A DNA stretch of 64,000 nt, taken from Alphaproteobacteria bacterium (GTDB lineage: Bacteria; Pseudomonadota; Alphaproteobacteria; MPNO01; UBA830). Where the stretch lies: NCBI GenBank assembly GCA_965243135.1, contig OZ251539.1, positions 960,001 to 1,024,000 on the forward strand, in the 5' to 3' direction. Below are positions 38,606 through 49,182 of the stretch, one piece after another (position 1 is the first letter of the stretch; each line of letters opens with the position of its first letter). A model generated the notes under the pieces. It did not search any database, was not told the origin of the DNA, and worked only from the letters and a program-made list of their open reading frames with translations. A program made the translations under genes and the position numbers.

Positions 38606-39847
38606 ATGAACGATTCCGAAAGGCGTCGGACCGTCCGGCTGATCTTGACGGTTTTTCTGCCTTTCGGCTGCGGCTATTACCTGTCCTATCTATTCCGCAC
38701 CGTCAATGCGGTGATCTCCCAGAATCTGGCGACGGAGCTCTCCATAGGGCCGGCCGATCTGGGCTTGCTGACCAGCATCTATCTAATCGCGTTCGCTTCT
38801 TCCCAGTTTCCTCTCGGCGTCGCGCTGGATCGCTACGGGCCTCGCCGAGTGGGCGCGGCGCTGCTGCCGTTCGCTGCGGCGGGCGCCGCGGTGTTCGCGT
38901 TCGCCGAGGAATTCGAGCTGCTTCTTCTCGGCCGCGCGCTCATCGGGTTCGGCGTATCGGCGGCCCTGATGGGAGCGTTCAAGGCGAACGCGATCTGGTT
39001 TCCGGCGGATCGAATCCCGTTGATGAACAACCTGACGGGCGCGTTCGGCGCGTTCGGCGCGTTGTCCGCCACCCGTCCGGTCGAGATGCTTCTTCATGTC
39101 GTGGAATGGCGGGACATATTCGCGGGGCTGGCCGTCGCGACCGTCGCCGCGTCGCTTTGCATTCTGTTCGTGGTGCCGGAAAAGCGGAAGGACCGGCCGG
39201 AAGAGGAGAGTTTCGCCAGGCAATTTTCCGGCTACCGCGAGGTTATGCGCGACAGCTTTTTCTGGCGCGTATGCCTGCTTTACTCCCTGTCCTACACTGC
39301 GTTCGTCTCCTATCAGACGTTGTGGGCCGACCCTTGGCTTCGCGACATCGCGGGGCTCGAACAGACCGCGCGCGCCAACTACCTGTTCGTGATGCAGATC
39401 GGCTTCCTGATCGGCTTGCCCGTTACGGGCGTGTTCGTGGACTGGTTGCGGCGAACGCGCATAAAGGTCGTTCAGGTGTTCGGCGCCGGCCTCCTCGTGA
39501 TGATAGGCGTGCAGACGCTGCTCGCGCTCGGGGTCACCTCGCATCTGGGGATGATCTGGGGCGCGTTCGGCCTGCTGTCCTCCGCGAACTATCTGGCCTA
39601 TTCCATCCTGACGGCGCATTTTCCGGAAGCGCTGACCGGCCGCGCCATTACGGCCCTGAATTTCATCATGTTCGTGGCGGCTTTCGTCGGCCAGTGGGGG
39701 ATTGGCGGCATCATCGAGGCCTTTCCCCGGCAGCCCGACGGCGGTTACGCGCCGCTCGGCCACGCAGTGGCGCTGTGGGCGCTGATCGCTCTTCAGGTCG
39801 CGGCCTTCGTGAATCTGGTCCGGCCGGAGAGGATGCGTGCCGGTTGA
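38606..39847 (+). CDS. MFS transporter (paralog 1)
   Basis: PFGCGYYLSYLFRTVNAVI, GVALDRYGPRR; multiple TM helices. Confidence 0.9.
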   Translation: MNDSERRRTVRLILTVFLPFGCGYYLSYLFRTVNAVISQNLATELSIGPADLGLLTSIYLIAFASSQFPLGVALDRYGPRRVGAALLPFAAAGAAVFAFAEEFELLLLGRALIGFGVSAALMGAFKANAIWFPADRIPLMNNLTGAFGAFGALSATRPVEMLLHVVEWRDIFAGLAVATVAASLCILFVVPEKRKDRPEEESFARQFSGYREVMRDSFFWRVCLLYSLSYTAFVSYQTLWADPWLRDIAGLEQTARANYLFVMQIGFLIGLPVTGVFVDWLRRTRIKVVQVFGAGLLVMIGVQTLLALGVTSHLGMIWGAFGLLSSANYLAYSILTAHFPEALTGRAITALNFIMFVAAFVGQWGIGGIIEAFPRQPDGGYAPLGHAVALWALIALQVAAFVNLVRPERMRAG

Positions 39848-41078
39848 AAACGTCCGGGGCCGGCCGGTCGTCCTGCTGATCCTGACCGTCCTGCTGCCGT
39901 TCGGAATCGGTTACTACATTTCGTATCTGTTCCGGACGGTGAACGCGATCATTTCGCCGCAGCTCGCCCGAGACGTCGGCCTCTCGCCCTCCGATCTCGG
40001 GCTGATGACGAGCGCCTATTTCATCGCTTTCGCCGCCACCCAGATTCCGCTCGGCATCGTTCTCGACAAGTACGGTCCGAAACGCGTGCAGGCCGCGCTC
40101 GTCATGGTGGCGGCCGCGGGCGCCGCCCTGTTCGCGACGGGAACCGACGCCGCGACCCTGGTCGCGGGACGAGCGCTGGTGGGAATCGGGGTTTCCGCCT
40201 GCCTTATGGCTTCTCTGAAGGCGAACGTGCTGTGGTTTCCGCAAGAGAAGCTGCCGCTCGTCAACGGCGTCATTTTCGCTTTCGGCACGTTCGGAGCCTT
40301 GTCGACGACCATCCCGCTCGAAATCCTGATCCAGACCGTCGACTGGCGAACCGTCTTCTGGTGGCTGGCGGGCGTGTCGGTGCTCTCCGGATTGTTGATC
40401 CAGTTCGCCGTGCCCGAGCGACGGATGCAGCGCGCGGACGCCGGTCGAGGCCAATTGGCGGAACTGAAGCTGGTCTACGGAAGCCGTTTCTTCTGGCGAT
40501 TGTCGTGCATGATGTTCCTCCACAACGGCGTCTTTCTTTCCTATCAGGCGCTGTGGGCGGCTCCGTGGCTCAGGGACGTCGCGGCGCTCGACCGTTCGGG
40601 CGTCGCGGACGCGATGTTCATGTTCAACGCCGGCATGTTCGCGGGCGTGCTTTCCATCGGCTTTCTCGCCGAACGGTTGCAGCGCGTGGGCGTCGCGACC
40701 GTCGTTCCGGCCACGACCGGCATCGCGGCGTCGATCGGCGTCCAGCTGGCGTTCGCCCTGGAGTGGACGGCCTTTCCGGCGACGTTGTGCCTGTTGTTCG
40801 GCTATTTCGGCTCGTCGTCGACGCTGGGATACGCGGTGCTCAATCAGCGCTTTTCCGGAAATCTCACCGGGCGCGTCAACACGGCGCAGAACATGCTGAC
40901 CTTCATCGCCGCCTTCGCGACCCAGTGGCTCGTCGGCGTGATCATCGGGCTGTATCCGTCGCCGGGCGAGGGGATCTACGATCCCCGCGGCCATCAGGCG
41001 GCGCTGTTTTGCTTCATCGCCCTCGAGGTCGCCGGCCTCCTCTACTTCGTCTGGCCGCGCCGGAGGGGCGCGTCGTGA
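39837..41078 (+). CDS. MFS transporter (paralog 2)
   Basis: PFGIGYYISYLFRTVNAII, GIVLDKYGPKR. Confidence 0.9.
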   Translation: MPVENVRGRPVVLLILTVLLPFGIGYYISYLFRTVNAIISPQLARDVGLSPSDLGLMTSAYFIAFAATQIPLGIVLDKYGPKRVQAALVMVAAAGAALFATGTDAATLVAGRALVGIGVSACLMASLKANVLWFPQEKLPLVNGVIFAFGTFGALSTTIPLEILIQTVDWRTVFWWLAGVSVLSGLLIQFAVPERRMQRADAGRGQLAELKLVYGSRFFWRLSCMMFLHNGVFLSYQALWAAPWLRDVAALDRSGVADAMFMFNAGMFAGVLSIGFLAERLQRVGVATVVPATTGIAASIGVQLAFALEWTAFPATLCLLFGYFGSSSTLGYAVLNQRFSGNLTGRVNTAQNMLTFIAAFATQWLVGVIIGLYPSPGEGIYDPRGHQAALFCFIALEVAGLLYFVWPRRRGAS

Positions 41079-41503
41079 GCGATCGGGAATATCCCGCGCG
41101 TCCGGTTTGCGCCGTCGGGGTCGTCTGCTTCAGGGGCGACAGCGTTCTGCTCGTCAAACGCAGGAGGCCGCCGGTCTCATGGTCGATACCGGGCGGCGGC
41201 CAGGAGCTCGGCGAGACGGCCCGCGAGGCGGCGCTGCGCGAATTGAAGGAGGAGACCGGCGTCGACGCCCGTCTGCTCGGCCTCGTCGACGTCGTCGACG
41301 CGGTGCGCAGGGACGGCGAGGGCAGGATACGCCACCACTACACGCTGGTGGATTTCGCGGCGGAGTGGGTGTCCGGCGAACCGGCCGCGGACGACGACGT
41401 TTCGGAGGCCGAATGGATGCCGCTCGCCGAGGTCGAGCGGCTTGGGATGTGGAGCGAGACCGTGCGCGTGATTCGGGAAGCGGAGCGGCTGCGGACGGCC
41501 TGA
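41075..41503 (+). CDS. NUDIX hydrolase
   Basis: WSIPGGGQELGETAREAALRELKEETG Nudix box; GTGA overlap with the upstream gene. Confidence 0.92.
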   Translation: MSDREYPARPVCAVGVVCFRGDSVLLVKRRRPPVSWSIPGGGQELGETAREAALRELKEETGVDARLLGLVDVVDAVRRDGEGRIRHHYTLVDFAAEWVSGEPAADDDVSEAEWMPLAEVERLGMWSETVRVIREAERLRTA

Positions 41504-41574
41504 CGCGCGAGTTCGCCGACGTTTCGCCTGCGGCGACCCTGCGGCCGGAAGCCGAAGGAAACGAGGCCGCGGCG

Positions 41575-43809
41575 TCAGTTCCGAAGCGTCATTCGATAAG
41601 GAAAGCTCCTGCGAACCGCGTCCAGGGACAACGGCATGCGGAGGTATTCGCCGTCGCGCCAGAGCGGCCATTGGTCGAGCAGCGTCGAACTGCCCAGCCA
41701 TCCGTCCTGCCCGCCGAGCAGAACGAAATAGTTGGCGTCTGGATCGGTCATGTCGGAAATATGCCGGGCATTGGAGCCGTAGTTGACCCTGTGGCGTTCG
41801 ACGGTGGCTTCATGGGCGGTCTTCATGAGGGTTTCGTTGCTTCCGCCGACGCCGTGCTCGGCGAAGACGTAACGGTCGCCGATGATCGGCAGGAACGCCA
41901 GCGGATGCGCCAGTCGCAGGCGATGCATGTCCGCCCAGTCGTCGAATTCGCCGAGGCCGGCGGCGGCCGCTTCGATGCCTGCCGCAAGCGCCTTGCGAAT
42001 CGTCTCGTCGTCCGCGGCTTCGATGTCTTCGCGCAGGAGCGCCGCGATGCGTCCGGATTCGGCGAAAGCGGATGCGTCGCCGAACGCGAGCGCGTAGAAC
42101 CGGGAGACGAAACCCTCGCGGAACTGTTCGAAACTGACCGCGCCGACGGAATCGGGACGATAATGCCCGTCCCAGCCCCGCATCCTGAGAAGCGCTTCGG
42201 CGCCTCTATCGTCCACGGCGATGTCCGCCGCGTCGAGTTTCGCGACGAACGAGTCGCGCAACGCCGCCGCCGAGGCGGCCCGAACGTCGCGTTGCAGCGC
42301 CGACAGCGTATCGATGCCGACCGGGGTCGCCGCTTCGACCACTTCGGCCATGCGCCGCACTCTGTCTTCGCCGGAAAAGAAGAAGCCGACAGGCATGTCG
42401 GTCGCGGCGGGCCGATTGTTGGCGGAGGCGAGATAGCCTGTCTCGGGGTTGAAGCTGAACGGCAATCGGGAGGCGGGCAGCAAGTCCGTCCATACGGCGT
42501 CGTATTCGTCGGTATCGGCTACCAGATCGGCCGGCGGTCCCCGGCGCGCCGGCAATCGCGCGGCCATGACCTGCCCGATGTTTCCTTCCGCGTCGGCGTA
42601 AAGCATGTTCTGGCCGGGCACGGCGAAGCGGTCGAACGCTTTCCGGAAATCGTGGAAGTTCCGCGCCCGGCTTGCCTCCAGCATGGCGCCGATTTCGTCG
42701 CTCGCCTGGTGGCCCGTCCATTTCAGCGCAACCGGGGGCAATCCCGACTCCGCGAGCAGGGGCGCGTCGGACAGGATCGGACCGTAGGGCGTGTCGCGCA
42801 CGGTCGTTTCGCTGTCGAACCACCAGCGCACTGCGATCCGCTCCTTGCGTTCCGAAATGTTCGACGCGGGCAGGGCGCTCACGTCGTAGAGATCGCTCGA
42901 CGCCGCGCGCATGTTGGTGCCGCCCCAGGCGACATGCGGATTCCGCCCGATCGCGAAAATCGGCAAGCCCGGCCCCATCAGTCCGACCGCGTGAAAGGAC
43001 GGAGACTTGATCCCCGCGATCAGCCAGACGTTCGGGACGAATATCCCGAGATGCGGATCGTTGGCGAGGACCGCGCCGCCGGTGCTGGTCCGGCGCGGCG
43101 CCAACGCCAGGCTGTTGCTGCCGGAGCGGGAAAGGCTGGCGAGTTTCGCGGCGCCGTCGAAGCTCGGCGGGGACGTCCGGCCTTTTTCGAGCAGTCGCGT
43201 CCAGATCTCCGGCCAGTCGGGGCGCTTGCGAAGCGGGAGCAAGTCGAGCCAGACCAGCCAGTTGACGTCGGTGCCGGCGAGGCGGCCGATGGTCACGACG
43301 TCGGCGATCGTCCATGGTTCGCGTTCGAGGTTCAGCACGCGAAATTCGTGCGGCAGTTCGGTCGCCGCATTCTGATAATGATTGATCCCCTCGACGAAAC
43401 GCGCGACCCAATCGCGCGTCGCGCGGTCCATCTCGCGCTCGATTTCGCCGGCGGCTCGGGAGAAGGACAGAATCCGAAGGCCCCTGTCGATATCCATGGC
43501 GGCGGGACCGGCCATTTCCGACAGGCGGCCGCGGGCGACCATGCGCGCCATCGCCATCTGGCCGAGCCGAAGATGGGCATGCGCCAGGCCGAGCGCGAAA
43601 GCGGCATCCCCGTCGTATTCCGCTTCGATGAAGGGGATCTGCCGCTCGTTCCAGTGCACGGTCACGGCGCCGCGCAGCGGCAGGCCGGCGATCGGGAACG
43701 CCGCGAGCCTTTCGGTCAGACTTGCCGGTTCCGGCAAAGGAGACAGCAGAGAGCAACCGGCCATCAGACCGGCCGCTATCCCGAGTCCGAGCGTCTTCAG
43801 GGGAGGCAT
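41575..43809 (-). CDS. Penicillin acylase family Ntn-hydrolase, probable lipoprotein
   Basis: LMAGC lipobox, GSNS autoproteolysis site, LANDPHL, WGGTN, QNMLYAD, SANN. Confidence 0.9.
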   Translation of the reverse strand: MPPLKTLGLGIAAGLMAGCSLLSPLPEPASLTERLAAFPIAGLPLRGAVTVHWNERQIPFIEAEYDGDAAFALGLAHAHLRLGQMAMARMVARGRLSEMAGPAAMDIDRGLRILSFSRAAGEIEREMDRATRDWVARFVEGINHYQNAATELPHEFRVLNLEREPWTIADVVTIGRLAGTDVNWLVWLDLLPLRKRPDWPEIWTRLLEKGRTSPPSFDGAAKLASLSRSGSNSLALAPRRTSTGGAVLANDPHLGIFVPNVWLIAGIKSPSFHAVGLMGPGLPIFAIGRNPHVAWGGTNMRAASSDLYDVSALPASNISERKERIAVRWWFDSETTVRDTPYGPILSDAPLLAESGLPPVALKWTGHQASDEIGAMLEASRARNFHDFRKAFDRFAVPGQNMLYADAEGNIGQVMAARLPARRGPPADLVADTDEYDAVWTDLLPASRLPFSFNPETGYLASANNRPAATDMPVGFFFSGEDRVRRMAEVVEAATPVGIDTLSALQRDVRAASAAALRDSFVAKLDAADIAVDDRGAEALLRMRGWDGHYRPDSVGAVSFEQFREGFVSRFYALAFGDASAFAESGRIAALLREDIEAADDETIRKALAAGIEAAAAGLGEFDDWADMHRLRLAHPLAFLPIIGDRYVFAEHGVGGSNETLMKTAHEATVERHRVNYGSNARHISDMTDPDANYFVLLGGQDGWLGSSTLLDQWPLWRDGEYLRMPLSLDAVRRSFPYRMTLRN

Positions 43810-43911
43810 GCGACGTTCTCAGGCCGACGATTCGCTTGCATGTAGGGCGTTGCGGCGCATGCTGCAAGGGGCGCTCCGCGCGTCCGCCCGCCGACGGGGC
43901 AGCAGCGCCGG

Positions 43912-45351
43912 TTACGTCCGTCCGGGCGCCGGAGTAGCGCCCGGGGTGCCTGTCTCGAACGCCTTTTCGGGGCCGCCGAACCTGTCCACCAAGGCGTTCT
44001 GATCGTTCTTGGCCGCGCGGTCAGTGGCTTCGGGATCGCAGATCCCGCGCAGAAGACGGTCGTACTCCGCCGCTGTCGGCGCTTCCTTCGCCGCCAGATT
44101 GACGGTTTCTTCCGGATCGCTTTCGAGGTCGAAAAATTCCGGTTCGTAGCCGACATAGTGGATCAGTTTGCGTTTGCCGCGCCGCAACATGAAAGCGCCG
44201 CTCGGAGACGCGGCGGCGTGGTATTCGCTGAATACGGCGCGCTCCGGATCGTAATTCGCGGCCGCGATGTCGAACCACGACGCGCCCTTCAACTCCGCCT
44301 CGCGTTCGTCCGGCTCAAGGCCGGTTGCGGCGAGAACGCTCCGGTAAGCGTCAAGCAGGGAAACCGGGGTGTCGCAGACGGCGCCTGCGGCGACGCCGTC
44401 GCCGACGACGATCAGTGGAATTCCGGCAGCTTCCTCGTACATGTTGGACTTGCCCCACATGCCGCGCGCACCGACGTTGTCGCCATGATCGCTCGCGTAG
44501 ACCACGCGGGTCGCGCCTGCGAGTCCCGTTTCTTCCAAAGCGTCGAGCACTTCCCCGATCAGGGAATCCACGTAGGAGCACAATCCGAAATACGCCGCCG
44601 TCGCCTTTCTGCGCTCTTCGGCCGAGAGGTTGCCGTCCACCTGGTGAAAATCGGCCATGCGCTGCAGCCATGGGTGCCGGGCGTGCCCGTTGTCGGGATG
44701 GAGTTTCGGTTCCGGAAGATCGTCGAGAGGATAGAGTCGCCAGAACGGTTCGGGCACCTCGAGCGGAAAATGGGGCGCGACGAAACCGACATAAAGAACC
44801 CACGGCTTGCCGTCGTCGCGCGAGGCGGCATTCCCGATCCATGCCTTCGCTTCGTTTGCGATGTTGCGGTCATAGCGGTTGTAGCTGGATTCGCCCGGGC
44901 CGATCCGGCCGAGCATTCGCGAAGAAGAGGATCGGCCGGGTGGCAGAGGGTCGCGCACGGACCCCCAGACCTGGCCGATTCCGTCCATTACGTGCATCGG
45001 AATGATTTCGCGGTCGAAGCCGGTATCGAGGCCGTCGCCCCGGTAGTGAAGCTTGCCGATCGATTCCACCCGGATTCCCTCGCGCTGCAGCCGGTGCCCC
45101 CAGCTCTCGACCGCGCCGTCATAGGGCATGGCGTTGTCCCAGTAGCGGGTTTCGTGCGCGTACCGGCCAGTGGCGAAAGCCGCGCGGGCCGGGATGCAAA
45201 TCGGGGAGTTGGTGTAGGCTGCGCTGAACCGCGTGCCGCGTTCGGCGAGACGATCGAGATTGGGAGTGCGCACTTGGCTGTGGCCGTAACAGCCGAGCAT
45301 TTTGGGGCTGTGTTCGTCGGACATGATGAACAACAGGTTGCGAGCGTCCAT
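43912..45351 (-). CDS. Sulfatase (choline-sulfatase-like)
   Basis: IMSDEH, CIPAR formylglycine motif, GKLH, APHFP, SDHG, WGKSNMYE. Confidence 0.9.
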   Translation of the reverse strand: MDARNLLFIMSDEHSPKMLGCYGHSQVRTPNLDRLAERGTRFSAAYTNSPICIPARAAFATGRYAHETRYWDNAMPYDGAVESWGHRLQREGIRVESIGKLHYRGDGLDTGFDREIIPMHVMDGIGQVWGSVRDPLPPGRSSSSRMLGRIGPGESSYNRYDRNIANEAKAWIGNAASRDDGKPWVLYVGFVAPHFPLEVPEPFWRLYPLDDLPEPKLHPDNGHARHPWLQRMADFHQVDGNLSAEERRKATAAYFGLCSYVDSLIGEVLDALEETGLAGATRVVYASDHGDNVGARGMWGKSNMYEEAAGIPLIVVGDGVAAGAVCDTPVSLLDAYRSVLAATGLEPDEREAELKGASWFDIAAANYDPERAVFSEYHAAASPSGAFMLRRGKRKLIHYVGYEPEFFDLESDPEETVNLAAKEAPTAAEYDRLLRGICDPEATDRAAKNDQNALVDRFGGPEKAFETGTPGATPAPGRT

Positions 45352-45486
45352 GCGCCTCTCTTTCGGAAATCGCTCGCGCGGCCCCGGCCGCCGAAGGGAG
45401 CGCGCCGGGGCAGGGGGCGCCGGAGCGGAAGCTCCGCCGGCAAAACCCGGCGAAGCCCCGCGACGACGCTTGCAGGGCGTTCGCCG

Positions 45487-46440
45487 TTATTTGGTTGCGG
45501 CCATCAGCTCCTTGGAATTCGCAATGCCGCCGACAATCATTTCGTCGAGAGCGTCCCCCGAAATCAGCTTCGGTCCGCCGAATGCCCGCTGGACGAATTG
45601 CGCGGCCTTGGTCGACTTGTCGTTCAGCACTTCCGCGATTCCGTTCGCGATGCCCTTGCGCGCAGCGTCGGGAATGCCTTTCGGCGCCACGACGACAAAG
45701 TTGGCGCCGGCGTCGAAGGGAATGCCGAGTTCGCGGAGCGTGGGGGCGTCGGGCGACAGGGAGAGCCGTTTCCGTTCGCCGGACAGGAGATTTACGAGAT
45801 CGCCGGCCTTGACCGCCTTGGCCTGGATTCCGGCTCCCCAACCCATGTCGACGTCGCCCGCGGTGACCGCATTCACGACCGCCCGGCCGCCCTTGAGCAT
45901 GACGACGTTGAAACGCACGCCGAATTTTTGTTCGATGGCATAGGCGATGTCCGCGAGTTTCTGACTCATCGCGCCGACCCTGATCGCCTTGCCGGATTTG
46001 GCGTCGGCGATGGTGTCCCTGATCGTTTTCCAGCCGCGGTCCGCCTTTGCGACAAGGCCCATTTGCGAACCCGCCGTCGTGGTGACGTAGGTGAAATCGT
46101 CGACGCCATAAGACTGCTTCTTGGCGGCGAGGATATTGTAGCCGAAGGTCTCGGTGACCGCGATTCCGATCGTGAGGCCGTCGTTGGGCTGCGACTTCAG
46201 CTTGGCCGCCATCACCCCGCCGCCTTTCCCGGTGACGTTCTGGGGCACGATCTTCCAGCCCTTGCGCTTTTCGAGTTCGGCCGCGATGAGGCGGGCCTGC
46301 GTGTCGGCGCCGCCGCCGGCCGTGAAGGCGATCATCAGGTTGATCGGTCCCGAGGGCTTCCAGTCCGCCGCTGCCGGCGAGGTTGCGGCCGCCGCGAGGC
46401 CGACCGCGACCGCTGCCGTGGCGAAATGCTTCGAATTCAT
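45487..46440 (-). CDS. Tripartite tricarboxylate transporter substrate-binding protein (TctC/Bug)
   Basis: Signal peptide, FTAGGGAD.QAR, NVTGKGG, DAPTLRELG, APKGIP. Confidence 0.9.
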   Translation of the reverse strand: MNSKHFATAAVAVGLAAAATSPAAADWKPSGPINLMIAFTAGGGADTQARLIAAELEKRKGWKIVPQNVTGKGGGVMAAKLKSQPNDGLTIGIAVTETFGYNILAAKKQSYGVDDFTYVTTTAGSQMGLVAKADRGWKTIRDTIADAKSGKAIRVGAMSQKLADIAYAIEQKFGVRFNVVMLKGGRAVVNAVTAGDVDMGWGAGIQAKAVKAGDLVNLLSGERKRLSLSPDAPTLRELGIPFDAGANFVVVAPKGIPDAARKGIANGIAEVLNDKSTKAAQFVQRAFGGPKLISGDALDEMIVGGIANSKELMAATK

Positions 46441-46660
46441 GCGTTTTCTCCTTCGGCGACATGCTTCCCCAAGGAACCATATAGCGGAATATCGCGGCGG
46501 GCAAACAGCGCGCGGATCCGCGAGGGCCGCCGGAAGGCAGATCTGCGCCGCAGCTCGCGCAAGTCCCCGGGAGGAAGCCGCGGAACATCTGGATAGAATT
46601 TTTGCCGATTGGAACCATAACCGGTAAAATTCGTTACCGGATCCAGGGGACACAGGTAAC

Positions 46661-47984
46661 GTGCTCGACTTGTTGAAGGAAATTATCCTTGATTTTCAAG
46701 AGACCGAGCTCTCTACCGGCGTCCCGCGGCGCACGGAGGCGACCATGATCTCCGGCAAGGCGACCGTCTGCATCGGTCCCCGCCGAGCCGGGAAATCCAC
46801 CTTTCTGTTTCAACTGGTTCGAAAAATTCTGGATGGCGGCGCGCGCCGCGACGACATCCTCTATCTCAGTTTCTTCGACGACCGCCTTCGCCAACTGCAG
46901 CGCGACGGGCTCGCCCTCATTCCGGAAGCGTATTTTTCTCTCTTTCCGGAAAAGAAAAACGCGCGGAAAATCTACTGCTTCTTCGACGAAATGCAGGTCG
47001 TTCCCGGCTGGGAGTCTTTCGTCGACCGCTTGATGCGGACCGAGAAATGCGAGGTCTGCGTCGCCGGTTCGTCGGCCAATCTGCTGTCCCGGGAGATCGC
47101 GACGCAGATGCGCGGACGCGCTCTCGCATGGGAAATTTTTCCCTTTTCGTTCCGGGAATTCCTCGATTTCGAGGGCATCGACGGCGGCGGCAGGTTGTCG
47201 GCGCGGCGGCGGCTGCTTGTCCGGAGCGCTTTCGATCGCTTTTGGGAGGCGGGCGGCTTTCCGGAGGTTGCGGGGTTGGACCCCGCGCCGAGGATCGGAA
47301 TTCATCAGGAACGCTGGGGCACCACGCTGTTTCGCGATCGAGCGCCATGACGTCTCCCATCCCCGCGCGGTCTCGGATCTCGCCCACAGGCTGGCGGACA
47401 ACGTCGCCTCCCTCCATACCGTCAACCGGCTGACGGGGTATCTCAAGTCGCTCGATCACCGCGCGCCGAAATCCGCGGTTTCCGATTATCTGCACTGGTT
47501 GGAGGACGCCTTCTTCATGTTCGGCGTACGCATCTTCGATCCGTCCCGGGCGCGCGCCAACGCCAATCCAAGAAAGATCTACTGCATCGATCATTCGCTC
47601 GTCAGATCCGTATCTTCCGGCATCCTGGTCAACGCCGGGCATCTGCTCGAAAATCTCGTGTTTACGGCGCTTCGCCGCGTCACCTCCCGGATCTTTTATT
47701 ACAGATCCGCAACTGGCCGCGAAGTGGACTTCCTTGCGCTGATGCCCGACGGTTCGCGCATTTTGGCGCAGGTCTGCGAATCCCTTGCGGATCCCCGGAC
47801 TCTGCGCCGGGAGACGGCGGCGCTTCGCGACGCCATGGCCGAACTGGGCCAGCGGGAGAGCCTGATCGTGACCCGGGATGTCGCTCCGGGCGCGGAAAAC
47901 CGGATTACGGTCGACTCCGGCGTGATCGAAATCGTCGCCGCATGGCGCTTTCTTCTCGATCAGGCAGGCGATCACCCCGTGTGA
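46661..47984 (+). pseudogene. AAA_14 plus DUF4143 ATP-binding protein with one frameshift near 47336
   Basis: GPRRAGKST, FFDEMQ, GSSANLLS.EIAT.MRGR and GGFPE in one frame; IERHD..NPRKIYCIDH..LLENLV..EVDF..QVC in another. Confidence 0.88.
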
Positions 47985-48859
47985 CGCTTCGGGACCGGGT
48001 CGCCAAGAGGAACCTCCATGAGATCCTCGCCCCAGACGATGTTCCCGTCGTAGATCGTGGCCATTTCGGCGATCAGGCGCTCGCGGATGCCTGCCGTTTC
48101 CATTTGTCCGGACACGTGGCTGACCACGAGGGTGCCGGCCTTCGCCTCGGCGGCGATTTCCGCCGCTTCGCGGTGGCCGGCGGCGCCGCGAATCCACTCC
48201 GGCCCGGGCTCCGTCCCCGAAATCTGGTACGTCATGTGAACGAGTACGTCGCATCCCTGAATCAGGCGTGCGAAGGACCGCGACGGTCCCGCGTCCCCGG
48301 AATAGGCGAAGGAACCCGAGGGCGCGTCGAGACGGAAGCCGAGGCATTCGAGGTACGGTTGCGCATGCGGGACGCTGATGGCGCGGAGGAGCCAGCCGTT
48401 CCGCTCCACCGCGTCGCCGCTCGCCAGTTCCGTGACGCCGGGCGCGGGGCCAGGGCGCGGAAGCGTGCCGCCTCGCGCTTCGTAGACCTGCAGGCTCGGT
48501 TTCAGCTTCGTTCGCGCGGCGATGTCGGGTCCGAACACGCCGTCGTCGTCGAACAGCAGGCGGGTCATGCGCCCGGTATGTCCCGGGCCGTAGACGCGAA
48601 GTTCCGGGATCGTGCCCGATCCCTCGTTCCATCTGGTCAGAACCAGCCGCGCGTAATCGCAGCAATGATCGTAATGCAAATGAGACAGAACGAGATCGGT
48701 GACGTCCGTCGCCTGATGTCCCGCTTCCATCAAACGGTGGCAGACCCCCGGTCCGACGTCGAAGAGCAAGCGATCGTCGCCGAGATCGACGAGATACCCC
48801 GAACCCGCTCGCTTGAGCGAGGGCGTGGGGGTCCCGGTTCCGAGGAGCGTGATCTTCAT
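47972..48859 (-). CDS. MBL-fold metallohydrolase (RNase Z/arylsulfatase-like)
   Basis: MKITLLGTGTP, SHLHYDH, AYSGD, LVVSH. Confidence 0.9.
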   Translation of the reverse strand: MKITLLGTGTPTPSLKRAGSGYLVDLGDDRLLFDVGPGVCHRLMEAGHQATDVTDLVLSHLHYDHCCDYARLVLTRWNEGSGTIPELRVYGPGHTGRMTRLLFDDDGVFGPDIAARTKLKPSLQVYEARGGTLPRPGPAPGVTELASGDAVERNGWLLRAISVPHAQPYLECLGFRLDAPSGSFAYSGDAGPSRSFARLIQGCDVLVHMTYQISGTEPGPEWIRGAAGHREAAEIAAEAKAGTLVVSHVSGQMETAGIRERLIAEMATIYDGNIVWGEDLMEVPLGDPVPKRHTG

Positions 48860-49182
48860 CCGGTCTCTTCCGTCGCTTTCAGGGCGTGGCCGTGCGGGCA
48901 CCGTAGCGAATCGGCTCCCAAAAGTTCAGTTGCGGGGCGCAGGCAGCGTCAGGCAAGTCGGCAGGACGGAACCGAGAACTGGAATGCGCGACCGGGACCG
49001 CAGCTTTTTCCGGCGGGCGGACGCATACGACTCCGGGCGAGACGCTGTCCGCCGCTTCCCTTTCGGGATCCCGCTTTTCGCGCCGGAGGTTTCCGTCATG
49101 GTCCGGCGAAGGCGGGGCGTGTCGGCAAGGGACTTCTCCGGCGCGTCAGGCCGCCCGCGTCGGGGACGGGCGTAACGAGCCT

